From Lingula anatina (lineage: Eukaryota > Animalia > Brachiopoda), in the NCBI GenBank assembly GCA_051362555.1, contig CM120641.1:248001-312000 (forward strand): a stretch of DNA of 64,000 nucleotides, in the 5' to 3' direction. This document shows positions 20,400 to 32,600 of the stretch, in pieces (within the stretch, counting starts at the first letter, position 1; each line of letters begins with the position of its first letter). Below the pieces are notes generated by a model. That model ran no database searches. It saw nothing but the letters and a program-made list of their open reading frames with translations, and was not told the DNA's origin. The position numbers and the translations under genes were made by a program.

Positions 20400-20450
20400 C
20401 AGAACCCACGTGGGTAACACGCGTGGCGTTGTGTGGTCGCCATCTTCCGA
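20400..20450 (+). promoter_or_regulatory. MAX proximal promoter: E-boxes plus YY1/ETS-like motif, in the divergent FUT8/MAX region
   Basis: CCCACGTGGG palindrome at 20405-20414, CACGCGTG at 20418-20425 and CGCCATCTTCCG at ~20438-20449, in a locally CpG-rich patch 60-100 bp upstream of the MAX ATG. Confidence 0.6.
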
Positions 20451-20509
20451 CTGTTTGACAGCCACAATATAGAATATCTGTTGCTTTGGTTCAGAGTTTT
20501 TACCCAAAG

Positions 20510-21720
20510 ATGAGTGATGATGAAAGGGATATCGACATCGAAAGTGATGTGAGTATGTTTTAGCATATGACAAATAAACAGAACTGACTCAAGTTACAAG
20601 AATAATGGTAAATATTGTGAACTTCTGGGCGTGTTTTCGTTTCAGGAAGAGGAGGACGAAATGGGCTTGGACGGAAATCAGTCAAATGTTACACAGTTTA
20701 TGAGCCAGGTAAGACAGATGTCAATAACTTACGTGATTGTGACCAAGAATTAAATTCTGGGGCCAATTATGAGAGAGTAGAAATGAGATACAAGGACAAT
20801 ATGTGGACAGTGTCAGAACATGTCACGTGACGTAAACATTAACATGTGGGGGATTTTTGTCTTCTGTTGAAGTAGGATCTGTTGCTTGGTTTTCATTTTT
20901 AAATCAGAAAAAAAAGAAAAAGAAATTGGTGGTGATCCTAAGAAGTCCTGATTTATTAAGGTATACCATTGATTTTGTACAAGTAAAAGACAAATTACTG
21001 GCACTTATGCCAATTTTTTTTCCAGGCTGAAAAGCGTGCCCACCACAATGCTTTGGAAAGGAAAAGAAGAGATCATATAAAAGAAAGTTTTCACAGTTTA
21101 CGAGATTCTATACCATCACTTCAAGGAGAGAAGGTAATTTATTTCCAGTGTTAATAGAGCATTGTATTATGTATTAATAACATTATGAAGAGTTAGAAAT
21201 TGAGAACATGCATATTGAATGGCTAAAACCTTATACTGATCATTGCCAGAATTATTTTGCAGGTAGCAAGATCACAGATTCTGAAGAAAGCTTCTGAATA
21301 TATCCAGTTCATGCGAAGAAAAAATAATACACATCATCAAGATTTAGAAGATCTGAAAAGACAAAATTCTGTTTTGGATCAACAAGGTAATACTTATCAC
21401 TGTAGCTTGCTTTATTATAAGGGACTCCAATGTATCAGATAAACTTCTAATCCTTGTTTGATTTTTGCTGCCCAGGGGGGATTTCATATATAAACATAAA
21501 ATGATTACTTGAATAATGTATCAATTAATAGAGGGAATTTGTGTTTTCAGTGCGAGCCCTAGAAAAAGCAAAGACAACAGGGACTTTTGCCAGTCAGTCC
21601 TCTTCAGGATTAGAGTCAGAAACTGTTCTTAATTCAAACGAAAGACGTGGGTCTGGTTCAGAAAGTTCTGAATCAGATCTGGGACCAGGGAAGAGGAAAA
21701 AATTGAAAACTTCAACATAG
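20510..21720 (+). CDS. MAX: MYC-associated factor X (bHLH-Zip), 5 exons, 167 aa
   Basis: Exons 20510-20548 ([13 protein letters not shown]), 20646-20708, 21026-21133 ([36 protein letters not shown]), 21263-21386 and 21551-21720 (basic NLS KRKKLK; TAG). All introns GT-AG and in frame. Confidence 0.97.
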
Positions 21721-24700
21721 CAAAGATTTCAACTTATTTTTACTCAATATTGGTAATTTTTTTGATTGGTGTGTCCAGGAAGCTGTTAAAACCATCTTAC
21801 ATATGATATAGTTATAATGTTGTGAAAAAAAGTAGTAGAAGGTGTCCTAATTTTTGTGCCATTTAGTTTTTAGTAAAATCTAAAATCCATTGTTACTGTA
21901 TTGACCTTTTTCTTTGTAAATCAAATGTATTTGGAGTTTTGGTATCATCTACCATTAGAAGAGTTATTACATAGAAGCCAGATCAAATTTGCTATGAAAA
22001 TTTCGTAACTTTTTGGCCGTAACAGAACTGTTAAGAATAGTCATTTATTCATTTATGGCAAAATTTTCTTAAAATCAGTAAATGAGCAAGATTGAAACTA
22101 AGGCCAAGCATTTTGAATATTTTGGTGTGAAAATTATAGCATTGTAACTGGTACTTTGGTTTTAATGAGTGTATGTTCTCAGACAGTGTTACAGTGTACC
22201 CCTAAGGTTAACTTGGGGAAACTGACAAAGAGGGGTGAGCAATATTGGTACACTAATGTATTTTATTGACTTCAGAGCCCAAAGAAACACTGCATTCAAT
22301 AAATGCATTGAATGTATTAACTATGAATGCAGTCCAGATTTTTGAAATAGCATGATTAAATGTTTTTCAAAGGCTTTTTGACTTGGCAATGTGCTGAAAT
22401 TGTATAAATTCTTGTCTGGAAAAATGAGGAAGTTAAGATCATAAACAGAGTTCTATTCTGATATTGCTGCATAGAATTAAGAAAATATAAAGGGGTTTAT
22501 TCTCAGGTGGGAAATGTTTCAGCACAAAGATAATATGTGTAACTGCTGGTAAAGGAGTTTTCTGGTGACTGAGTAATATGTCAGTTAGTATTATGCTGTG
22601 GCTGGGGTATCCTTTAAACTTGTTTGTTCAAAATTACAAGTCTGGTTATTTGTGCAAGTTGAACACAGGGACGAAAAATTAAAAAACCAGTGTTTCACCA
22701 CCTGTACAATGACCTCGTAACATTTTGTGTACTCTTTCTAACAAAATATACTTTGTGGTGTTTTAAATGACGAAATTCTAAATAACTTTTGCACATTATA
22801 ACCAGTGCCATCACTCACACAAGAATCCACTTTCTTTTTCCCTCTTAACATCCAGTCTTGATTTTAGCATATGTACTTAAGCAGAAGAGTAATGGATAAG
22901 TCAAACTCATGAATGTGTTCAAATAATTTTTCAATAAAATCTGGACAAAAGTTATTTTGAGTTGTGGTTATAGCCAAGACCTGAGTTTTTTACACTATGT
23001 TTGTATCATGATAATGAATAAAGTAGTCTTAAACTGTTTGTTCTTTTTGGTCAATCTTCTGATATAATGAACAAGCATTTTGTTTCTATTATTTGCTTTG
23101 TATTTATGTTTTTATGTTTCAAAAGATGTTAATGAATACAGTCAGTTTTATACAAGGTGTACTCTGCCCTAAAAATAATGGTCACGCATGGACCTGTCGT
23201 GACAGCAGGATCCAGTAGATGTCACTGCCAGCATTACAGATGAGTCACCTGCTGGATATTGTTGGTCACCTCTAAGGGTCCTGCCACAAAATTGATGACA
23301 ACTGGAAACTCTGTCCATCCAACAGGATACTTGTTTGTTTACTATAAAGAAGTCGAAATCGCCCCCTTTGTAAAGCCCACATAATGAGCATTTCAGTGAA
23401 TATTGGGTGCATTCCTAAGTGCTACAAAACCAATGTTATGAAAGGAAAGTGATGACTTGATTAAAATTTCTTGGTGAAAGAAAATCTAATGTTTCTCTTA
23501 GTCTTACATGATAAGAGCATTTCAGAATTAAAAGTGCACTGGGGAAAATCATGAAACCAACAGAACTCACTGGACACAAAGGGCTGTGGACTTTAAATAA
23601 CTTAAATCATGACCCTTTTTAGGGCAGATAATCAAAATGTCATAAACAAATCCGAATGGTATTTAGATTTTATTTGACCAGACTTGGAAGGTTAGGCAAC
23701 ATTTCTGCCATGATATTCCAAGCCAAACCCTTAGTATCATTTCCAATAACTACGTCACTGATCTACTTACACAAGGGAGCTTAAAGCTATAACTGAACAT
23801 CACTTAAAACAGAAGTAGCATGCTACAAGACAATGGCACACCAGATACAGATTAGATCTGCAGTAAAGTAACAGCTGGACACTCACTAGGCCTAGTTCAA
23901 TATTTATGATGTTCATCACACTGGCAGACTTCAAATTATTGATACTCTCCCATGACCTTTGGGTATTATACACATAGAAATAAAACACCATTTTGAAAAA
24001 TGTAAACACAAAAAGACCTCAGAATACCATACTTTACTGAACTCTTACTGAAACAATAAAATACATTTCACTGCTAAATGTAACATCATGAGGTATCTTT
24101 TTAAAAGACCAAAATTGCACTTCAAACATTCAGATACATCATTTTGTTTTTCACTAACAATGAGCTCTTTTCCAACTAGTTGGAATCTGGATATATAGGA
24201 GAACGCTATCCTTCCTTTTTTCCTGACAGAAGTTTTGTTCTGCCTGTTACTTTACTGACAGAGAACAGTGGTCTTAACATGCGGCCTCTTACCATGCAGA
24301 TGTTGTTGAATCAAGTTGTTTTTTAAAAGCACTGTACAATCGATAAAGAACAACCATAATGGAACAATTCCATTTTGTTAAAATGTCAGGTTCAATCATA
24401 TCAGGTCAATTTCAGTGAGGATCTTTACATCTTTGTTTTCTCTGCCAAACCCATTCAAAACATACTCTATGGGAATTATTACAATCCCAACAACAAAAAA
24501 TATGGAAGTTCAGTAAGGTCAGTAAAATCAAAGTAAAACAAGATGTCTCTGGCTTTAAACCATGTTGCAGGTGATATACTTGATATACATCACTTTTATT
24601 TCTGGTACAAGATACAAATCTTCCAAGAAAAAGATTAACCCATAACACTGGCCTTGCTGACCTGTCCTGTGTCTCGTCCATTGCTGCATTCCATCGTAAA

Positions 24701-24806
24701 TCCAGTATTGAATTATCTTTTCTCTTCTGTACTATAACACTACTGCCTGAATCAGAACATACACTCTTTGAGCCAAATGTTTAGGTAAAGGTTAATTATT
24801 TCAGAG

Positions 24807-27800
24807 TCACACACTGTCTGTGTTGGGAACAGGAAGTTTGTTGAAATGCTGAGTTGCCTTCACTGCAGCCTCTGTGCTTATATTAAAAACTGGATGCACT
24901 GGTTTCTGAAGAAAAGGTAATATAAAATAAATAAAGCTGGAATCTTGGTGGGCTCAGAAGAGCAAATTACAGAAACTACAGTACATCTTAAAACAAAATG
25001 TACTAACTCCATGTTGAGATAAAATACATAAAATAACATTGTACCATTACATTAAAATGGAATTATGAAAAAATATTCAAATCCATTAATGTTTAAAACA
25101 CTTAATTGTAGAACTTACCAACTTGCAAATTAAATTAAATAAACATTTCTGAATTCAAAGTACTATAATATAATAAAATGAATTTATGGATAAATGTTGG
25201 GATGGATGTTTCAATGCAGGAATTAATTGTAAAACTTACCAATTCATTATTGGTTTGATTCCCTACGACGACACTGTGCCCTATGGGGCCTGCTGCGAAG
25301 TGCTGCGCCACTGAGAGCCCACTGAGGCAGTAACAGGAATGGTAATAATCTCTTGGTCTGGAAACAAACAAGAAAGTCAATCATTGGCTTTAACTTGCTA
25401 TAACCATCTTCACTGCTAGAAAAGTGTTCAAATAAAAAACCTGAACAGACACTTAAGAAAGGTTGCCCTGATTCAGTCTACACAGCAAGTATAAATTCTG
25501 CTGTATAACAACATTGGGGCCATTTAGGTTAGATGATCCAAGTAATAACTGATTCACCAACTAAATTTAGCCGACCACACTTCAAAAGCAATGGTCTCCC
25601 TGCCTCCACATGCGCCATTAAATGGATTAAATCTCAGCTCCGATGTTTGACTGCTAGGCCCCTGCAGCAATGGTGCGTGTGGAGGCAGGGACACCATCAT
25701 GGAATTAGAGACATCCCTTCAGAAGTGGGGTCAGCTATATTCAGTCAGCAGATCAATTAGTACTGAGATCAACTATTCTGAATGTCAATTAGTACTGAGA
25801 TCAACTATTCTGAATGTCAATTAGTACTGAGATCAACTATTCTGAATGTCAATTAGTACTGAGATCAACTATTCTGAATGTCAATTAGTACTGAGATCAA
25901 CTATTCTGAATGTCAATTAGTACTGAGATCAACTATTCTGAATGTCAATTAGTACTGAGATCAACTATTCTGAATGTCAATTAGTACTCAGATCAACTAT
26001 TCTGAATGTCAATTAGTACTCAGATCAACTATTCTGAATGTCAATTAGTACTGAGATCAACTATTCTGCATGTCAATTAGTACTCAGATCAACTATTCTG
26101 AATGTCAATTAGTACTGAGATCAACTATTCTGAATGTCAATTAGTACTGAGATCAACTATTCTGAATGTCAATTAGTACTGAGATCAACTATTCTGAATG
26201 TCAATTAGTACTGAGATCAACTATTCTGAATGTCAATTAGTACTGAGATCAACTATTCTGAATGTCAATTAGTACTGAGATCAACTATTCTGAATGTCAA
26301 TTAGTACTCAGATCAACTATTCTGAATGTCAATTAGTACTGAGATCAACTATTCTGAATGTCAATTAGTACTGAGATCAACTATTCTGAATGTCAATTAG
26401 TACTGAGATCAACTATTCTGAATGTCAATTAGTACTGAGATCAACTATTCTGAATGTCAATTAGTACTCAGATCAACTATTCTGAATGTCAATTAGTACT
26501 CAGATCATCTATTCTGAATGGCCACATTGTCCATCTCTACTCACTTTCCAGGTTTGTCTAGAAGTCCTCCAGCTGGGTGCTGGCAGCATGTTAACACATA
26601 TTCTTGGAGTGCCTCTGTCAATATGAAATATACACTGATTGATTGGCATAAATATGAGTTAAAGGTCTCTTATTTAAATTTTTACACATTAATGTCACTT
26701 TTTAAAGTATTATCATCTGTTGAATCAAAGCAATTTGTTATATATTAATGATGCTGAAAGTATTTTTGTTTACAAAAAACTTTCAAGTACACTTATGATA
26801 CAGGTGTGCATCAACAAGTGGTTGTAAGTGTTACTTAATGTGTAGAAAATAACCCACCTTGCTGAAATAGCCACTTCTCTGCACTAAGTGATACATCCCC
26901 TAAAATACAACCAAATCTGAACTAAGTCACTGAACTAAATCATAAGTATTGGTTCTAAGATTTGAATAAATAAAAGAAAAGAAAAAACAAGGTCAGTAGG
27001 AGGGCCTACATATCAGTTATACTTAATTTTACAACAACCCTGATAAACATACACCACAAGGAAATACAGTGAGATATTTGTGTTCATTTAATAACATGTC
27101 TAATTGTCTTGCCCCAACAATATTCCAGTACATATAAAATACATACTGTCCATGGAAAGCACCATATGGATCAGAGGGAACGCTCCACCCTGCCAGAAGT
27201 ACATATAAAATACATACTGTCCATGGAAAGCACCATATGGATCAGAGGAAAAGCTCCACCCTGCCAGAAGTACATATAAAATACATACTGTCCATGGAAA
27301 GCACCATATGGATCAGAGGGAACGCTCCACCCTGCCAGAAGTACATATAAAATACATACTGTCCATGGAAAGCACCATATGGATCAGAGGAAACGCTCCA
27401 CCCTGCCAGAAGTACATATAAAATACATACTTTTCATGGAAAGCACCATATGGATCAGAGGGAACGCTCCACCCTGCCAGAAGTACATATAAAATACATA
27501 CTGTCCATGGAAAGCACCATATGGATCAAAGGAAATGCTCCACCCTGCCAGAAGGAGTAACAACCATCAACTAGTTTATTTGTGCGTCCCTGGAAGCCGC
27601 CTTCAAACCCCATCTGTCTGTTTACAGTCCACCTCTGAAAGTTTGGAAATAACGCTGGTTATAATTAATTTACTGAGCATTAAATTCCACTGCTGTGTAA
27701 ATGACCCTACAATAAAATTTATTACATGTTCAGGAAATCCACTGAGATGCAGGATTAATTTAGTCAACAGTTTAAACAGAATTAATCAACGCCTAACAAC

Positions 27801-29642
27801 TACTTCATCAAAGCTTCAAACTAAGCTACAAACATTTAATAAATAAAATTATTTCCACTCCTCTTAAATTGTGGTATTGTCCAGGTTTAAAGTCTTAGGA
27901 GTAATAGCCAAATACTTTTTATCTCTGTAAATTATCATAACTTGTTCAGTTTAAAATGCATCTTGTTTTAATGTTTTAAAGATATCCTTCAAAAATGCTA
28001 TACACAATCTCCTCTTTTAAACAATAACTTTACAACTCATTCTATCTGAGTGGATTCAACAGTTTCAGAATCAAATACATACCAACAAAGAGTGGATTCA
28101 AAAGTGTCAGAACAAAATACATACCAACAAAGAGTGGATTCAAAAGTTTCAGAACAAAATACATACCAACAAAGAGTGGATTCAAAAGTTTCAGAACAAA
28201 ATACATACCAACAAAGAGTGGATTCAAAAGTGTCAGAACAAAATACATACCAACAAAGAGTGGATTCAACAGTTTCAGAACTAAATACATACCAACAAAG
28301 ACTTGATGTCACACAGCTTTTCATGGCCAAGTAAAATCAAAGCTCCCAGTCCACAGAATGAATACCCTCCATGTGCCTCCATCCCAGGACAACCTCCAAA
28401 TCCTCCCTCATAGGTCTGACAGCTGAACGCAGTGAAAGAAATATCACCAGAAAGTGAACATCTGATTTGTTTCATGAATATGATCCTCAGTTTAATTTAC
28501 TTCCATGAAAGAAGTAAATGTATTTAGGTCAGTCCTCTTGCAACACACTGTCAATGCAGTATCATTACAAAGATTGTATAATCACATTAAAAGAAAAAGA
28601 AAACGACTTAATTTTTATATGGTGCTAAAATATTAAAATAACATATTTTCTGTAATATACATTTGAACAAACCATTATGGAGTACCAGCTGAATTAAGAT
28701 AGTACAGATTATTTGGGGAGAAGACAACTGCTTACCTTACTATCCATTCAGGAGTTTTATCAAACATGCTCTCTGTCATGACATTGGTCAGTCTAGCAGC
28801 ACTGGCAGCACAGTAAGCACCCCTAGAAATACAGTCTACAATTTGACAATATTCAGGGCATAACAGAAGGATTTTGTAGAAAAATAAACTAAGTGCTACT
28901 GATATCAATTGTATGGTGAAAAATTGATCATCATATAAAAAACTGAATTTAATTAACAACAAAAACATTTTAACATTCAAGATCACGCATAAAATTGCAA
29001 ATCATATACAACTCAGCACAAAAAATAAGCATCTTCACCTTTTGAACACTACTAGACTTTCCTACTGGTAGAATTAGAAAACATCAAAAACAGAACAAAA
29101 GTTTCAAGAACAGACATGAAAACTAAGGATCAATATTTCCAATGATAGATAACGAGTGCTGTATTTGTGCCAGTGTAACTAACCTCTTATATTAAAGGGA
29201 GGGTATATGACATTACCTTATATCAACTTCACCGCCCAAGTGCATCTTGAAGCCACCATCTGGTGTGTGCATTCTTTTGAGATATTGTTGCAATTTTTCC
29301 CTATAAATGTAAAACAGAAAATTAAAAATAATATCTTATTACTGACAATGTATTCATTCTCAGTACAGAAACATATCAATATATTTTGTCAGGACTGTCA
29401 TGCTACAAAAAGTTTGAAATAGCACTAAATAATCTTCCAACATAATTGATGAGCTATCATTCCCCACTACCTGTCAATAACATCATATGCCTCCTCAGTG
29501 TATTTGCCTAGTATTGACAATGCATTGACTGCTGCATATGTGGGGGCCAGGTGAGGTTCCTGCAAGGGTCCCCCTAAAAATAGGCATATTACTAATATTA
29601 TATATTAAAACCTACCTTTTTAAGCAATATTCTTTTTTTTTA

Positions 29643-29691
<49 letters not shown>

Positions 29692-32600
29692 TTATTTTAC
29701 CAGGTTCAATCATTTTAATCACTTAAAGGACAATGTTCATGTAAAAATCCATTTCTCGAATTTTGAAGATACAGCACTCAATCTATACACTAGAGGTATG
29801 TTTTAATCGATCCCCGCCATTTAAAAATTATAAAAACAATCTATTAGTAGAAAAAAAAGTGTTTTAGTAAACCTCACCTCAATATGCAAAAATGAAGCAA
29901 CAGATCTGGATCACGTGGTACTGTGACGACAATCACGATAAAGGTCTATGAGACTCTGAGCTGCATGTTGCATACAGACGGAGAAGTTAAGGAAAGTTGT
30001 GTAGAACGGAGTTGAGGAATTTTCGTTATGCCTCGGTGTGTTGCCGTGGGATTCAGCAAAATTGCAGCTCTCGTTGACAATCTTTCTTTGTCTGTGACGG
30101 TCTTCCGTGACTTACTTACTAACTTCGGTGACAATAGTTGCGATGCTCTAGATCATGGTCACCTCAGGTGGTTTAGATCATATCAAGAGCTGGTAGTCTT
30201 TCAGATTAACTGTCATCAGTTGGCAAACTTACTGATTGCTGATGCATTTTAAATGCATTGTAGTTGACCAAAAGCTCGTTTACAACAAACCTGTTAATTA
30301 TGCACCGCTGCAATTCCCAAGCCAGGTAATAACAGGTATGAAACTCGTCTTGGTGGGCTTTCATATTTTTCAATATATCTCATTTATTTCATGGGGTTAT
30401 TTTATTGGTATTTGTAAATGACGTTAAATATCAATACTTAAACAATTAAGTTCAAACACGGTCGCGAACATTAATAAAAGAAATTGCTCTCAGGGTATCT
30501 TGAAGCTTCCGTGGAAGAAAACGTGTTGAGGAAAAACAGGAAAAAGAGCGTTATATTAAAGAAAAAATGGGAACTGCTATAATAAAATGGTTCGTTATCC
30601 TAATTCGTTTATGCTTTGAGGATTTGTTTCTGAAGATTATTTCATCTGAAATATTAAATAATTTAAAAGATTGATCATTTTATAACTTGAAACGCAAATT
30701 CTGCGTCAGTACGCAATTTTTTTTTTTTTTTTTTGCAAATTTGTAAGCTTATAACACCGTGCTATTATAAAGATCTACTCAAGAAAAAAATTTGCTTGGG
30801 TAAAATTGAGTACGGAATGAACTGGAGACACTTGGCTTGTCATTAAGTTTACACGAAAATATGTCAGGTAACTTTATACTGTCTTTGAAAGAGTAAAGAT
30901 TGAAAGATAATTTTAGACAAACTTTGACGGGGGAAATACCTACAAAGAGTAATGGGCTATTTCGCCAACATCTTGTTGAAAATTTTACACTGCAATTCTA
31001 TTCAAATAAGCTAAGGAACTAATTGCCAAATTAATACTCTCATCACATAACAGGGGGGTAACCAGACCTGCAAAAATTGTACGCACATATTTAAAAAGAT
31101 TACAAGCACATACAGCAAAATGTAGACTTACGCAAAACATGAAGGACAGCGTACCGTAATCACAGCAAATGTACCTCATATAGTAGCTAAATTTCCATTA
31201 ATAATAAAATCATCATTTAAGTCAAAAATATTCTTGCGATTTAATAACTATTTTAATTTACCCAGAACGGTATATTTATTTTAAAGGCGGTTAACTGAAA
31301 TATAGTTTTATGATTTGTTTGTGAAAATTGCCCATGTCACCCTGTTAGTTTGGAGGTCTAAGCTGGATCAAGTCCGTGTTAAAATTCCTATGAAGTTGTG
31401 CAGGAAAAATTCTTCCTTTCTTTCTCTAGCTCCTCGATAAACCTGGTGTTCAGATTTTATCTAGTACCCCCAGGTCTACGGGAGCTGCGCTTTGTAACTA
31501 ACGCACAGGTAGATTTTTACCTGAGATAACTGGAGTAAAGCTTAGATAGAGAGTGCGTTCGATACAAGCAAGACAAATTGAATGCCATTTAACCCTCTAA
31601 TTAAGAGGTAAAGGAAGTTCCAGTTAGATGGATGATTAAGATAGGACTTGTCAAGGTAACGGGCATTGTTTACCTCAGTTTAATAAAAGTATGCAAGACG
31701 GAGTGTCAGCGGTTTAATAAAATAAATTGAATTTCACAAATAACATGGACCTCATATGCAATAATCAACATTTCCCTTAACTCATTCAAATGCAGTGTTT
31801 TATACAACTTGGGATAACCATAATGAAATGCTTGTTAAAGAAATGACTAGACGGGAAATGGTTTTACACAGCTTCACGAGGATTTAGACCCCTCGGGTAA
31901 GAGATTTGAATGAGTATAAACTTTTATCAGAAGCCAGATAGAGAAGTCATCTTACAGGTAGACAATGCAGCTCAGTTTGACAGCTAAGCACGCTCTGTTC
32001 TCCAGTGGCTCGATTGTCGTCATTGGACCACGTGACCACGTAGCTCATTAACTCCCAGGCCGAGCAAATAGGACGTTTTTTAAAGCCAAAAATTTACAAA
32101 ATGAGCTTTTAATTTGTGTATTTGGATTAAGATATCGTTAGTTGGGCATGTTTTCTGAAGAATATGTTCCGTTCAGGCCATTCTGACGGCATGAAGCAAA
32201 CCCTTTAATAATCCATTCTTATTAGGCCTAAATTCATCTTTCAGGAAATTGAAATAACTTTCAGGTATCATTTCTTTAACATTAATCAAGAAAATTCAAT
32301 TTGTCAACATTAAGCTTTAAAGACAGTCTCAGTGGGTTAGATTAATGTATAGAAGCAGGTTCTATGTAAAACTTTGATCAGATTTGTGTTTTGTGAGATT
32401 GTTTATTATTATATTAATAAGTCTGGGTCACAAAAGTCCTGTTAAGACAACTAGAATAAAGAATTAGAAAACGAAAACTATTTATCATGATTTCGGAGCA
32501 CAGCCAGAAGTACTTCCGGCTCAAGGTCACGACCTCGATTTTCCCACGCTTACGACCAATCACAGCAGGCTTCAGTCAGAATGAGATAGACGTCACGACT

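Noticed and set aside
25752-26520. CRISPR-like 32-bp repeat
   Set aside because: Units are head-to-tail with no unique spacers, lie in a eukaryotic intron, and no cas genes are present.
28037-28334. Repetitive ORFs in three frames
   Set aside because: By-products of the 42-bp junction array.
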